Assembly: GCF_018350175.1 (NCBI RefSeq)
Contig: NC_058375.1
Span: forward strand, 28,086,001-28,150,000
Direction of reading: 5' to 3'
Source of the DNA: Felis catus
Lineage: Eukaryota
DNA: 64,000 nt
This document shows, piece by piece, positions 19,861 to 31,802 of this stretch. Position 1 is the stretch's first letter; each line of letters opens with the position of its first letter. The position numbers were made by a program, and so were the translations under genes. The notes under the pieces were generated by a model. That model was not told the DNA's origin. It was given only the letters and a program-made list of their open reading frames with translations, and made no database searches.

Positions 19861-22800
19861 TCTTCTCTGAGTGTTCCTCTCCTCTCCTGGTTGGCCTTGT
19901 TGCCTCCCTTTGTCCCCCCATCAATGTCCCTTCCTGTTCCGAGGCCCCATGGACACAGTGGAGGGGCACAGCTAGCTTCTAGAGCAAGGGGCTTCCCTAA
20001 TCCCTGCCCATCCCCTGCCTCGCCTCCTGCTGCCCCTCCTGGACGCTGCATTTCTGGCTCTTTCACTTGTCTGTGCCTTTGCCCGTGCTGTGCCCTCCAT
20101 TTGGAACTCCTTTCCCCATTTCCCCTTGGCAAGGGAAGGCTGTCACCCCCAGTCTGCGTCCCTGGGTCCTCATGCTCCCCCTCTGAGGACACAGGACACA
20201 GCACATTAGAATCACCCACTGCCCCCGGGGAGGGAGGGCTTATTCATAAATATGTCTGTCGAAGAATCAAAGAACATGCCTCGTTTTTGACGGTGGATCT
20301 GAAACTTCCGAGCGTGGCTGGCTGGGGTTGCAGCTCTTGGCCTCCGGGAACTCCCTCAGATTTCCTTCCAGGTGGGAAGGGGCTTTGAGGGGATTTCTCC
20401 AGGCGGTTCCCTCCCTCTCCTGTGTGTGTGTTGGGGGGTACCCAACTAGTGACCTAGGCTGGGGGTGGTGCGGCTCCCAGCTCAGGAGTCTATACTTCTG
20501 TGCGCCTGGAAATGACTTGGAGATGCTCTGTCAAGCACAAGATACAAATTGCAGGCAGTTTTTAAACGTTTGGAGAGATTGCTTTTTGAGTGGCAACTGC
20601 ACCTGTGCATGTCAGGAGGGGGCGGGGCAGGGAATCATTGACTTTTCTTCCATTTTCTCTCCTCCCTGGGACTCAAGGCCCTTCTTAGCCCGGCAGGAGC
20701 CCACCTAGGCCTGGAATAAGAGGGAGGGGCTGTGGACTGGAGGATGGGGGGATTGACTGGAGGGGGTCCCTAGGTTCAGTCCGTGACCTCCCCCCTGCTG
20801 GGATCGGGGCGAGGGGCTGGCAGGCCTGGCAGGGAGTCGGCGGACAGACTGGCATATAATAGGCCTACCTGCTGGTGGGCAAAGCCCCCTCCTTCTCTCC
20901 CACTCCAAACAAGAGAGGCTCAGGGGCCTGCCTTTCAATGCTTTTCTGCTAGATTGACGTTCAGGGCATAGGTTCGACTACATCGTCTTCCGTCTCAGCC
21001 AGCAAATCCCACAGGGGCCCCAGCTCGGCATTTTCTAGACCTTCCAGGCCCATAGGCTGGACCTCTGTGTTCTGGTCATGGGGGCTGCTGGGGGTTGGGG
21101 AGATCATCTGTGAAGCGGGGTGACAGATGCAATTATTCATTTGTTTCTTTGTTCATTCATTCATACCAGAACTTTCTGTGTCTCAGTAACCTAGGAGTGA
21201 TAGGAGTGAGGTATGAACTCAGAGGGTTGAAGGCAAGATTTGCATGCGACCGAGCCCTGGTGAGGGCCCTGGGGTGTTTGCTGTTTTACCCTGTGACCAT
21301 TGGTCCCCCGCAAGGGGGATTTGGCTGCTGTGATTCCCCAGCCCTGTGACTAACCCAGGGAGGTGGACAGCAGGGCTGAAGCAAGGCTGGGCAGTCCACC
21401 AGGGCAAAGGCCACTCGAGCCTTGCTCACCACCAAATCCTAGGCTGTAGCCCAGGGCCCGGCACGTAGTGTTGAATGAGTGGCGTATATAGCTACATACC
21501 AGATACCTCCAAGTCTGTCGCCTTGAATTCTCCATCAGAGTCCGGCCAATACTTTTCAAATGGCAGGTCTATTAAAAGGAGGAGGGGGTGATAGACAGAC
21601 GAGCTGGTGGGGTGGAGGGAGGCTTGTGTTTCTGCGCAGAAGACTTGCCCATGGTTAAATGCAGAGGGCAGTAGAGAGAGGACTTTAGAAGAGCTGCCCC
21701 AGGGTGTAGGAGGAACTGAACCAGAGGGGTCAGAGTAACCACAGACCCGCTCCTTCAGGGAGCAGAACGGGGTGGGGATGGGCAATTGAGGTATATACCC
21801 CTGCCAGCCTTGGTTTCTTCCCAGGGAGCTTGAATGGCAGTTCAAGTTGAGAGTTGGAGCAGGGTGGGGTGCTGAGGCCTCTGGGGAGTGTCTGGAGGCA
21901 GGGAAGGGGGCGGGCCTCCCCATTAAAGCACACCGCATGCTCTGCTTAAAAGAGACCCAGCTCTGTTTTCAGGAAGTTCCAGTCTGAGGGGGGAGACCCA
22001 GCTCTGTTCTCAGGGAGCCCCAGTCTGAGGAAAGTCATGGCAGAAACTTCCCTTCTCTTTCCCTCTCTTGGCCTCAATCTCTGGCCCCCAGCTGGCGTCC
22101 GGCTCCTGCTGGTCCCCTTGAAGGATCTCTTTGGCCCTAGCAGCTCCTCTTAGACCAGACTCCTCAGTGAGGCTTCCCTTGCTTCCTGGGACATGAGGGC
22201 CCTGGTGAGCCAGTTACTAGGGGACTCTTCATTTCCACCCCAGGGAGGCAACAGGGGAAACAGGAGCTCCTGGCCAGCAGTCAAGGATTTGTGGTCACAC
22301 TCCTAGGGAATCTGTTTGCTGGGAGGTTGAGGGCTGCTCCAAAGCCCAGGGAGGGAGGGGGCTCGTGGGCCATATTGTGATACCTGCCCAGGTGGCCCTG
22401 CGGTCATCCCCCGACCCCCGGAAACCACCTCTGCAGGGTGCACTCAGCTGGCAACAGGGTGGGAGACCTCTGAGGGGCAGCAGGCTCCTGGGCATGCATA
22501 GGGCAGCTGTCCTGTGATTCCCACTCCTGAGCTAGAAAACTAGCCTGCTGGTTCCTCCATGGCAGTCTGGAGGGCTCCCCGAGGACCTGGCCTCCTGGCA
22601 GGCGCAGAGAGCTGGTTACCATTTGAGTTAATGCTCCTTAGAAGGAGCCAATGGGTCCCTCTGGGGCCTTTCGGGAGAAAGATTACAGATCGTACTCAAA
22701 CCAATCCACCCTGGAGAGAGAGAAGGGAGGTGAGTGCACGCATCAGCCCTCTGAGCCCTGGAAGCCAAAAAATGTGGGTGAGAGCTGGAGTTGGCACTAG

Positions 22801-22973
22801 AATTGGGGCAAATTTTACACAGAATGAAGGATGTGGCACCTGACTATTGCTCTGTCGGTTGTCTCAGCCTCGCTCAGACCCATCAGGTAGGTACTAGAAT
22901 CGTGCCTATTTGACAGATGGGGAAAGTGACCGGCAGAGAGGTGAGCTAATTTGCCTCAGCTCCCACGGCTCCT

Positions 22974-23027
22974 TTTTTTTTTTAAATGTTTATTTATTTT
23001 TGAGAGACGGAGCATGAGTGGGGGAGG

Positions 23028-23065
<38 letters not shown>

Positions 23066-23191
23066 ATCTGAAGCAGGCTCCAGGCTCTGAGCTGTCAGCA
23101 CAGAGCCCGATGCGGGGCTTGAACTCACGAACCGTGAGATCATGACCCGAGCCAAAGTCGGCGCTCAACCGACTGAGCCACCCAGGCGCCC
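22974..23191 (-). mobile_element. SINEC_Fc inserted in a MIR
   Basis: TSD tcccac(g/a)gctcct 22961/23193. Confidence 0.95.
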
Positions 23192-24343
23192 ATCCCACAG
23201 CTCCTAAGTGGTAGATCAGGGATTTGCACCAATGCAGCCTGCCTTCCGAGCTTGGTTCTAAGCAGGAACCACACGGTTCCAGAGCAGGTGCTGGAGCTAC
23301 GACAGCAGGTGGATCCAGCCTGGAGCTGGCATTGGCATTGGCATTGGCATTGGGCGCTGAGCTGAAGCGAGGGATGGGAGCTGGCTGGAGCTCATGCCCA
23401 TATGGAACACTCCCTGTTCTCCTTTGTGAACAACGGGCAAATGGGGGACCTGCTAGGCTCACCTTTCTCTCTTTAGAGTCTCCAGGGATACAGGGTCTGG
23501 GAGATGCCCACCTTCACCCCTCCTGGTTCACCCCTGCCTGGATGGCTGCATCTCTGCCTGCCCTGAAAGACTGCGTCTCAGGTGTTTGGGGCTGTTGTTC
23601 TCCTGGTCTGGGCTGGGGAGGTCCTGGGGGTTGGAAACAGCTCACGCAGCTGCATCAGGAACAGGTCCCAGGCACCGTATCTCCTGGTCCTGGGTCCAGA
23701 TCCCATCCACGGTTGGAAGTTACAAAACTCCTAAGCTGGAACCAGAGCGGGGGTGGGTGAGTGAGGCCCAGAAGCAGTCAGAAGCCATTCCCCTGAGACA
23801 CCGAAGCCCCCTCTCTAGCTCTCTTGGCTCCTGGGTCTCAGATACCAGAAGTCCCAGGCTACTTCGTTGCTTACACATTTTCAGTGATTCACCATTGCCT
23901 GCGGCATACGGTTTAGGCCTTATATACCCTCCCAAGTTCTTTTATCTCAGCCTCCTGGCTAGTGAGGGGCACAAGAGTTCTCAAGGGAAGAACCAGGCCC
24001 AATGGCTGGGCAACTTCTTTGGGCCCCCTGACAGGTTGCTGTTGGCATGATTGGAAGGTTACGTTCATTCACTGTTACTTCTGACACAAACCAGCTCAGG
24101 GCCTGGCCTGGAGAGTCTGGCTAATGTGCATGGTTCCATTAGAAGATGACTCCTGTCCTCACTTTTGCTCTGGGCTGGAATTTAGAATCTCCCTCTATAC
24201 TTTTGGCTGCCTCATCCCATGGAATCCTGGGCTGGCCAGGTATAATGGATCCTTTGAAAAATTGCAACCTGAAATTTATGAGAGGTAAACAAAATGCAGC
24301 TTTATTTGCGTCTCTCACTGTCCTTGTAAATTGTATCCCCACT

Positions 24344-24555
24344 GGGGCGCCTGGGTGGCTCAGTGGGTTAAGCTTCCGAATTCGGCTCAGGTCATGATCT
24401 CACGGTCCGTGAGTTCGAGCTCTGTGTTGGGCTCTGTGCTGACAGCTCAGAGCCTGGAGCCTGCTTCGGATTCTGTGTCTCCCTCTCTCTCTCCACCTCC
24501 CCTGCTCATGCTCTGTCTCTCAAAAATGAATAAATGTTAAAAAAACAACAAAAAA
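24344..24555 (+). mobile_element. SINEC_Fc
   Basis: TSD taaattgtatcccca 24327-24341/24556-24570. Confidence 0.96.
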
Positions 24556-24670
24556 TAAATTGTATCCCCATGGCTTATTGGCTCACTTTTAGATTACAAG
24601 TCCTTTAAAAAAAAAGTCACTTTCAGGCATAAAACAGGTTTCAATCCCAGAATTAGAAAGGATAGTCCCA

Positions 24671-24875
24671 GGGGCGCCTGGGTGGCTCAGTCGGTTAAGC
24701 ATCCAACTCTTGATTTCGGCTCAGGTCACAATCTCCCAGTCGGGGGCTTCGAGCTTCACATCCGGCTCTGAGCCAGGAGCCTGCTTCAGATTCGGTGTCT
24801 CCTTCTCTCCCTCTGCCCCTCCCCTGCCTGTGCGCTCTCTCTTTCAAAAATAAATAAATAAACATTAAAAAAAAA
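24671..24875 (+). mobile_element. Can-SINE (older variant)
   Basis: ggggcgcctgggtggctcagtcgg head with ctcttgatttcggc variant; A-tail. Confidence 0.92.
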
Positions 24876-25422
24876 GTATAGTCACAGATAATAATAACAA
24901 TCCCCATTTCAAATTTGATTCGCTGTCAACCCTTTCCCCTCCCTAAGCCAGAGCAACTGACAGGCTATAGGGAACAGGGGATAAGGCTGCTGTAAATGAC
25001 CCCTCCAGAGTGGGGAAAGGGTTTGGGCAAGGGGAGGGGCGGGGACAGAGAGATTCCTTCCTGGCTCTGGTCGGAGTAAGGCTGGCTGGTGAGCATCTCC
25101 TCTGCTTCCCCTCACTCCCAGGTGTCTACGGGTCCCTTCTGACTTCTGCTGCTGAATCCCTGCTCTTCCTGGGAGGATTCAGCGGGTCCCAAGCTCTTCT
25201 TTCTTTCTTGGGTGTGCAGTAAGCGTTTGAGCAGACTGTGACCCCCCCAAGCTCTGGACGTGCACGCCACCCCCCCAGGGCAGCCACTTTTCTACGCCAC
25301 GATCTTTTGCCAGTTAGATTTCCGGCAGGAGTTGGATACCGGAATTGAGTCTTGGGCAGACCCGTCACGTGGGCAGGTCATGTCTGTTGCTTCTTGGTTG
25401 CCTCTGTGAGAACTGGTTTCTT

Positions 25423-25642
25423 TCTTTTCAAAAAAAATTTTTTTTAAATGTTTATTTATTTTTGAGAGAGACAGAGACAGAATGCGAGTGGGTTAGGGGC
25501 AGAGAGAGAAGGAGACACGGAATCCGAAGCAGGCTCCAAGCTGTCAGCACAGGGCCTGACACGGGGCTCGAACTCATAGACCGAAAGATCATGACCTGAG
25601 CTGAAGTCGGACGCTCAGCCGACTGAGCCACCCAGGCATCCC
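25423..25642 (-). mobile_element. SINEC_Fc
   Basis: TSD ctgtgagaact(g/t)gtttctt on both sides. Confidence 0.94.
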
Positions 25643-26092
25643 TGTGAGAACTTGTTTCTTAAGCCCCTGTGGGAGAGGACAGTTATGCCTCCAGCCTGTC
25701 CCTAGGGGGTCAGCCACAGGGGGGGCAGCGCCTGCCCACAGGTCCCAGCTCCGCCTTCCCCGCCTGACGGCCAGCAGACTGACGGGAAAGAGTCCATCTG
25801 GGTGAACTATGGCATAGGGAATCCCAGCTCCGTTCCTACTAGGCGTGTGGCCTTGTGTAGCTGACTTAACTTCTTCGTCATCCCGTTTTGTCACCTGTGA
25901 CCTGGGGACAGTAGTCCTTGTGTCATAGATTGCCGAATGAATGCTGTAACCAGAAACACTTAGGGCGGTGGGCCTGGCACACCGGAAGTCGTCAGCAAGC
26001 GACATTTATTATTGTCATCCTCTTGCTCACCACCATCCTTGGACACTGGACCTTGGGAGGCAACAGGGAAATGGTCAGGAGCATAGGCAGTG

Positions 26093-26600
26093 ATGTGTTA
26101 TCAACACAGCCAACTTATGGAAAGAGCCCAAATGTCCATCAACGATGAATGGAAAAAGGAGATGTGGTATCTATATAAAGGCATACTACTCAGTGACCAA
26201 AAAGAATGAAGTCTTGTCATTTGCAACAACACGGATAGAACTAGAGGGTATTATGCTAAGCAAACTAAGTCAGAGAAAGACAGAGATCATATGATTTCAC
26301 TCGTATCTGGCATTTAAGAAACACAACAGAGGAACCTAGGGGCAGGGAAGGAAAAATAAGATAAAAAAGGGAGAGGGAGGCAAACCATAAGAGACTCTTA
26401 AATATAGAGAACAAACTGAGGGTTACTGGAGGGGAGGTGGGTGGCGGGATGGGCCAAATGGGTGATGGGCATTAAGGAGGGCACCTGTTGGGATGAGCAC
26501 TGGGTGTCATATGTAAGGGATGAATCACTGGGCTCTACTCCTGAAATCAATGTTACACCGTATGTTAACTAACTTGAATTTAAATAAATAAATTAAAAAA
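26093..26600 (+). mobile_element. 5'-truncated carnivore L1 (L1_Carn-type) 3' end
   Basis: ORF2 tail atggaaagagcccaaatgtccatc, carnivore 3'UTR gggcattaaggagggcac..gatgagcactgggtg, A-tail, TSD gagcataggc(a/t)gtg 26079/26601. Confidence 0.9.
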
Positions 26601-27094
26601 GAGCATAGGCTGTGGCACCTGGAGTGAGATCTGGGTACAATCTGGCTCATGTTTTGCAGCTTCAAGCAAATTACTAACCTCTGAGCCTCAGTTTCCACAG
26701 CTGTGAAATGGAGCTTTCGCCATCCCTGTTTTGGGTTAGGGCTGTTGGAGGGATTTACTGAGATAAAGTCTCCAAGGTCCCGCCCGAGCTCAGGGTTTGG
26801 CTTGTAGCAGGCAAATGATAAAGGGAAGCCACTGTATTTGTTACAGTTGGAGATAGATTTTTCTGGAGGTCTAGGAAGTGCCAGTCCTCCTCAGTGCCCT
26901 TTAAATCAGTTGCCCTGCCCTGACTTCCTTGTGCCGCTTTAATCACCAAGGAAACAGTGAAGGGTCCCAGATATTCCTGAGAAGCTCTTGATTCATAATC
27001 GCTGTATCTCACAGGCAATCATCACTCCCTGGCCCCGCCCCCTCCCTGCCCCCCCACCCCGCCCCCGCCCTTCACCATCCCCAGTCCCGGTCCT

Positions 27095-27385
27095 GCGTGT
27101 TGGAATTTGGCTCTCCGTTGTCAAGAGCTGCTAACTCCACCCTCACATTAAATACAAACAGATGAATATCTCTCATCTGTGTTTTTGTCTGAGTTTCCAT
27201 GAGGTTCTGGGGAACAGGGGAGCTAGGGGGAAACGTCTCCAGTGGCTTGCTAATGAGCAGGCTCCTTTTTCTTGCCCTCCTCCCTCTGTAAGGACAGAAG
27301 AATTGGTTTTCTGTTTGGCAAGCCAGTATCAATATTGCCAGAGTGATATGAGGAGGAAAACAACCCGAGGCTTTATTAGTCTTCT
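27095..27385. promoter_or_regulatory. Enhancer-like island with inverted E-box pair
   Basis: CATTAAAT, acagatga-N7-tcatctgt (27158-27180), GCTAATGA, ATCAATATTG. Confidence 0.3.
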
Positions 27386-28489
27386 GGTGACTTCAGGACG
27401 CCACACAGTGAGGATTGCTGGGGACGCGGCCCCCCCTCCCGCCCCCGGCTTCATCCCCACCATGTAGAGCAGCCCAGGGAGTCAAGCCGGACCAGTGACC
27501 CACAGATGGAAAAGCCCCTTGGAGACAAAGCCTGTTGCCCAATCCTTTGTGCACGTAGAGAATCTTTTAGAATCTTTCAGGGGAACCTCATATGGAACCC
27601 CCAAACATGGACGTCGTGGAGATGTTCTGACTGAAGTGTGGTCAGCAGGGAAAAGAGAGCAGGAGCCCAGTTTCACGGCATCCTACAGCCTGGTTGAGCC
27701 TTAAAACTCCTTCAAGGAACCCCAAGGTTCGACGACACCCAGTTGGAAAACCTCTGCAGAAACTTCCATCGTCTGTGTGTGGGGCAGACTATTTGAATCC
27801 AAGCAGAGGTTTGGGAGGCTGCCTGTTGCCTCTCCCCTCAGTGTGCGGGCACCGGCCCTCCCGTTTCACAAGAAATGGTCAAGAAGATACCACGCTTCTG
27901 AATGGGTTGAAATCCACTTCCTATTCCTTCTAGTACGATGCCCATTTTGCAGTTGAAGCAACTGAGACAGGAGGTTAAATAACGTGTCCAACGTCACAGA
28001 GCTCACACGAAGTTCCGATAGACAAAGGAGCTAAATGGGCCTTGAAGAAGAAGTTGGGGCTCTGGCTCCTCCTGTTACCCCTCCACGCCGCATACTCTGA
28101 ACACACACTTCGAACACGGTGGGTGCGGGTCAACCCTCTCATTTGATGTGAAGGGAAACTGAGGCCCAGAGAGGCTTGGACTTGCTGAAGGTCACTCAGC
28201 AAGCCAGTGGCAGAGCTGGTACCCAAACCCAGGTGTCTGGACTCCCAGCTCAGGGCCTCATCCTTGGCTGCACGGGGCAACATGGGGCATCATTCTGGCT
28301 ATGTGAGATGATCTGCCTGGGCCTTTTCATCGAGAACATTCCTGAGCGCTTGCTCTCCCCTTGGTGGGGCCGGGCTCGGCTGGGCTGATCTGGGCTGGGC
28401 TCTCCTGTCAGGGATGTTGAGCAGAACCCTCCTTAAGGCGAGAAATGGCCCTCTAGGCACACCCCAGCTCAGACTTTTCTCTTCTCTTT

Positions 28490-28690
28490 GAACTTTCCCA
28501 AGTTACAAAGCACACAATTAAGGGCTGCCTAATAAGCCATCCATCTTGTCCCACAAAGAGAGAACTGTAGGCTTCCCGCCGGCTTCCTCCTCCTCTGGGA
28601 GGGGATCAATGCCTTATCTCAGCCGGGCCTGCCTGCGTGGAGAGGAGGGAGGGAAATGAAAGCACTTAATTAAGGCGCAGAAGAGCGGAA
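28490..28690. promoter_or_regulatory. Enhancer-like island
   Basis: CAATTAAG, CTAATAAG, GATCAATG, CTTATCT, CTTAATTAAG. Confidence 0.3.
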
Positions 28691-29003
28691 AGGGAACACC
28701 GCGTCCTCCCTGACTCCCTGCTCCTTCTTCACCTCCCCGTCTCCCCTCCGAGGGCAGCGGGCACAGTCCACAGAGACTGGCCTGCTCTGGAAACGGAGGA
28801 GGAGGTGGTAAAGGTGAGAACGACTCTAGAAAGGCCCCGCTGTCTGGGCCTGAGCAGAACTTACCCCTAGTGGAAATTTCCCACCCTTTACTGTCCCCCC
28901 ACCCCTGTCCCAAGCAGACCTGGCCATGGCCATGAGCAGTCTGGAGGGTGGTAAGCAGCAAGGCCACCTCCTGAAAAACACCTTCTTTGGGCCTGAATTT
29001 CTT

Positions 29004-29210
29004 TTTTTTAAAAATTTTTTAAAAAATGTTTATTTTTGAGAGAGAGTGAGCAGGAGAGGGTCATAGAGAGAGGGAGACACAGAATCGGAAGCGGGCTCTA
29101 GGCTCGGAGCTATCAGCACAGAGCCCGATGTGGGACTCGAACTCACAAAAGGTGAGATCAGACCTGAGCCGAAGTCGGATGCTTAACCGACTGAGCCACC
29201 CAGGCACCCC
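29004..29210 (-). mobile_element. SINEC_Fc
   Basis: TSD tgggcctg(a/c)atttct on both sides. Confidence 0.94.
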
Positions 29211-29850
29211 TGGGCCTGCATTTCTAGCATTAAAACATATTCCTTTAGGTAAAGAGCCTTCTTGGCTCTCTCTATATGACCAGAATGTTTATAGAAGGAA
29301 GTTTTAAGAGGAGGAGTCTGGCCACTACAGTTTAATTTTCCCTTCTCCATTTCCCCTGGGCAGTGCCTGCAAAACAGTCCTTAGTGCAGCTAGGAAGGTG
29401 AGAGCCCACATGCAAAAGCATCCACATACTTGGAAGACCTGCCACCGTAATTTTCTGGAAGGTTCAGCATTTTCCCCTTGAAGTTCTTCTGAGCTATTCT
29501 GTGTGCCTCTATCTTCTATGAACTTGGCTGTCGACGCTTGGACATCTCCTACTCCCTTGTCTCCTGACTCCATCTGTCCTGACTGATGTCAAATTGTGTG
29601 CCTTTGCCCCCCTGGCCTGGATATGGTCCTCGTCTCTGGCTTTTCTGAAGGCACTCTTGTCACACCTTCATTGTTTGCACCCAGCTCCAAGATAGTGGGG
29701 CGGGGGGCACCTTTGACATCCTGTGACCCTGGTGGTAGCCCTGCCTACCCACAGTGGGAGGACAGATGGGGTGAGAGCCATTCTCAGAGGACCCGGGCCC
29801 TGGGTAGATGAGCATTGCTCTCTACCCTGGGGGATCCCCAGCAAAGCAGT

Positions 29851-30190
29851 TGCTTTAGACTGAAGAGTTGTGTCTCCCCCAAGTTCATATATTGGAACCT
29901 AATTCCCAATGCGAAGGCCATTGGAAGTGGAAGGTGGGAGGTGATTAGGTAATGAGGATGCTTTTATGAAACAGACCCCAGAGAGGTCCCTTGCCCCTTG
30001 TACCAGGTGAGGACCCAGGGGGAAGATGGCTGTCTGCGAACCGGGAAGTGGGCCCTCACCAGACACGGAAGCTGCCGGCGGCTTTGTCTGGGACTTCCTA
30101 GCTTCCAGAATTTGTGGGAAATAAGTGTCTACTGTTTATACACCACCCAGCCCACGTTCTTCTATTACAGCAGTCTGCACGGACTCGGTC
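29851..30190 (+). mobile_element. MaLR LTR (MLT1A0-like)
   Basis: tgctttagactgaa..ccccaagttcatatattggaacctaa...ggacttcctagcttccagaa..aaataagtgtctactgttt. Confidence 0.8.
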
Positions 30191-30517
30191 ACCTATTCTG
30201 CCCTGGCTGGGAGGCCTGAGGAAGTCTGGACTTTGCTCAGCATCTCTCCCTGCCTGCTCCGGGGATTCAGGGTGGGCAACTTGAGGGACCGGTGAGCAAC
30301 AGCCTGGGGAAAGCTGGCCACGCCTGTGGGGTGCGCTGTTTCCTCACCTCCCCCGGAAGGGCCGGCTCGGTTCTATATCCAGTGGGACCAGTGCTGGCCC
30401 CTCCTCAAGAGCCAAGCGTTCTGAGATAACCTAATAATTCAATAAATGTTAATTGATATAATAAAAGGGGGAGCGGGGAACTGAACCCACCCTAGCGTAA
30501 AGCCACGTCCAATTTAG

Positions 30518-30979
30518 AAAAAAAAATTTTTTAATGTTGATTAACTTTTTTTTTTTTTTTTAATTTTTTTCTTCAACGTTCATTTATTTTTGGGACAGAG
30601 AGAGACAGAGCATGAACGGGGGAGGGGCAGAGAGAGAGGGAGACACAGAATCGGAAACAGGCTCCAGGCTCTGAGCCATCAGCCCAGAGCCTGACGCGGG
30701 GCTCGAACTCACGGACCGCGAGATCGTGACCTGGCTGAAGTCGGACGCCCAACCGACTGCGCCACCCAGGCGCCCCAAATGTTGATTAACTTTTGAGAGA
30801 CAGAGAGACAGAGCACGAGCGGGGGAGGGGCAGAGAGAAGAGGGAGACGTAGAATCGGAAGCAGGCTCCGGGCTCTGAGCTGTCAGCCGAGCCCGACACG
30901 GGGCTCGAACCCACCAACCGTGAGATCATGACCTGAGCTGAAGTCGGACGCTCAACCGACTGAGCCACCCAGGCGCCCC
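30518..30979 (-). mobile_element. SINEC_Fc (host) split in its tail by a younger SINE
   Basis: Body 30795-30979, tail remnant 30518-30549. Confidence 0.9.
30550..30776 (-). mobile_element. Young SINEC_Fc nested in SINE tail
   Basis: Perfect TSD aatgttgattaactttt 30533-30549/30778-30794. Confidence 0.95.
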
Positions 30980-31313
30980 TTAGCTGCGTCTAATTTTTAA
31001 GTTAACTTGAGTATGTACAGAACTGTTGTCCCCTTCTGGTCACCCCCAGATGTCAGTCTGGTGTGGTCGTGGCTGTAGTCACCGGTGCTTCCTGACCAGG
31101 GTAGTTTCTATCCTGGGGACTATCTTCCCCTCCCCTCCTCTGGTCTCCTGGGTCTAGGTTTCTTCCTCACATGGTTCGTTCCTGACTCCCCTCTGGCCTG
31201 GCCTGGCTGCTTCCTGACAAGCTCGCCAGGGCCCTTTCTGCCCCTGTGCTGGGGCTTGAGGTTCCTGGGAGACGTGCCAGCACCCATATGTGTCCAAACC
31301 TGGCTGTGTACCT

Positions 31314-31510
31314 CTGTGATGTGCTACAGCCGGCTCGAACTGGCTTACAAGAACTGGCAATTTTGAGAAAATTTGCCAGCCAAGTGTTAAACCATCGGTG
31401 GCTTGAAATCCGCCTCGGTGGGAGTGTTTACACCATGGGAATTGGCAGATGTTGCAAATCAGAGCCCCTCCACCCCCACCCCACCCAGAGCCCGTTTACC
31501 AGGATGCTGT
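31314..31510 (+). mobile_element. MER63A-like (hAT-Blackjack)
   Basis: gtgtgctacagccggctcg..gcttgaaatccgcc..ggtgggagtgtttacaccatgggaattggca..caaatcag. Confidence 0.75.
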
Positions 31511-31802
31511 CAGAGGCAGTTAACAGCCACCCCTTGGGGCAACCCCTGAGCAGTGAGGTTTAGGAGCTGGTGGATAAATACTGTCCTCTTCCATCTTCGG
31601 GTCTGTTCTCCACAGCTCTCTCTCCTCAAAGGGTCTGAGCAGGATAGAGCCCCAGTTGCCCACAGCAGTGGCTAATCTAATAGCGTACCCTCGTATTGGG
31701 TTTCCACCCTTCTCTCCAGCCCCCCACTCCTCCTGCCTGGGACACTTCCCCAAATAAGCTACTTGCGGGCAAATCCTTATCTCAGACTTTATTTTTGTGG
31801 GG
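31511..31802 (+). mobile_element. ERVL LTR16-like LTR (3' part)
   Basis: ggagctggtggataaatac...gccccagttgcccacagc...ccaaataagctacttgc..caaatccttatctcag. Confidence 0.7.

Noticed and set aside
21951-22030. About 41-bp tandem duplication gagacccagctctgtt..cagtctgagg
   Set aside because: Common L2-derived local repeat with no sign of function.
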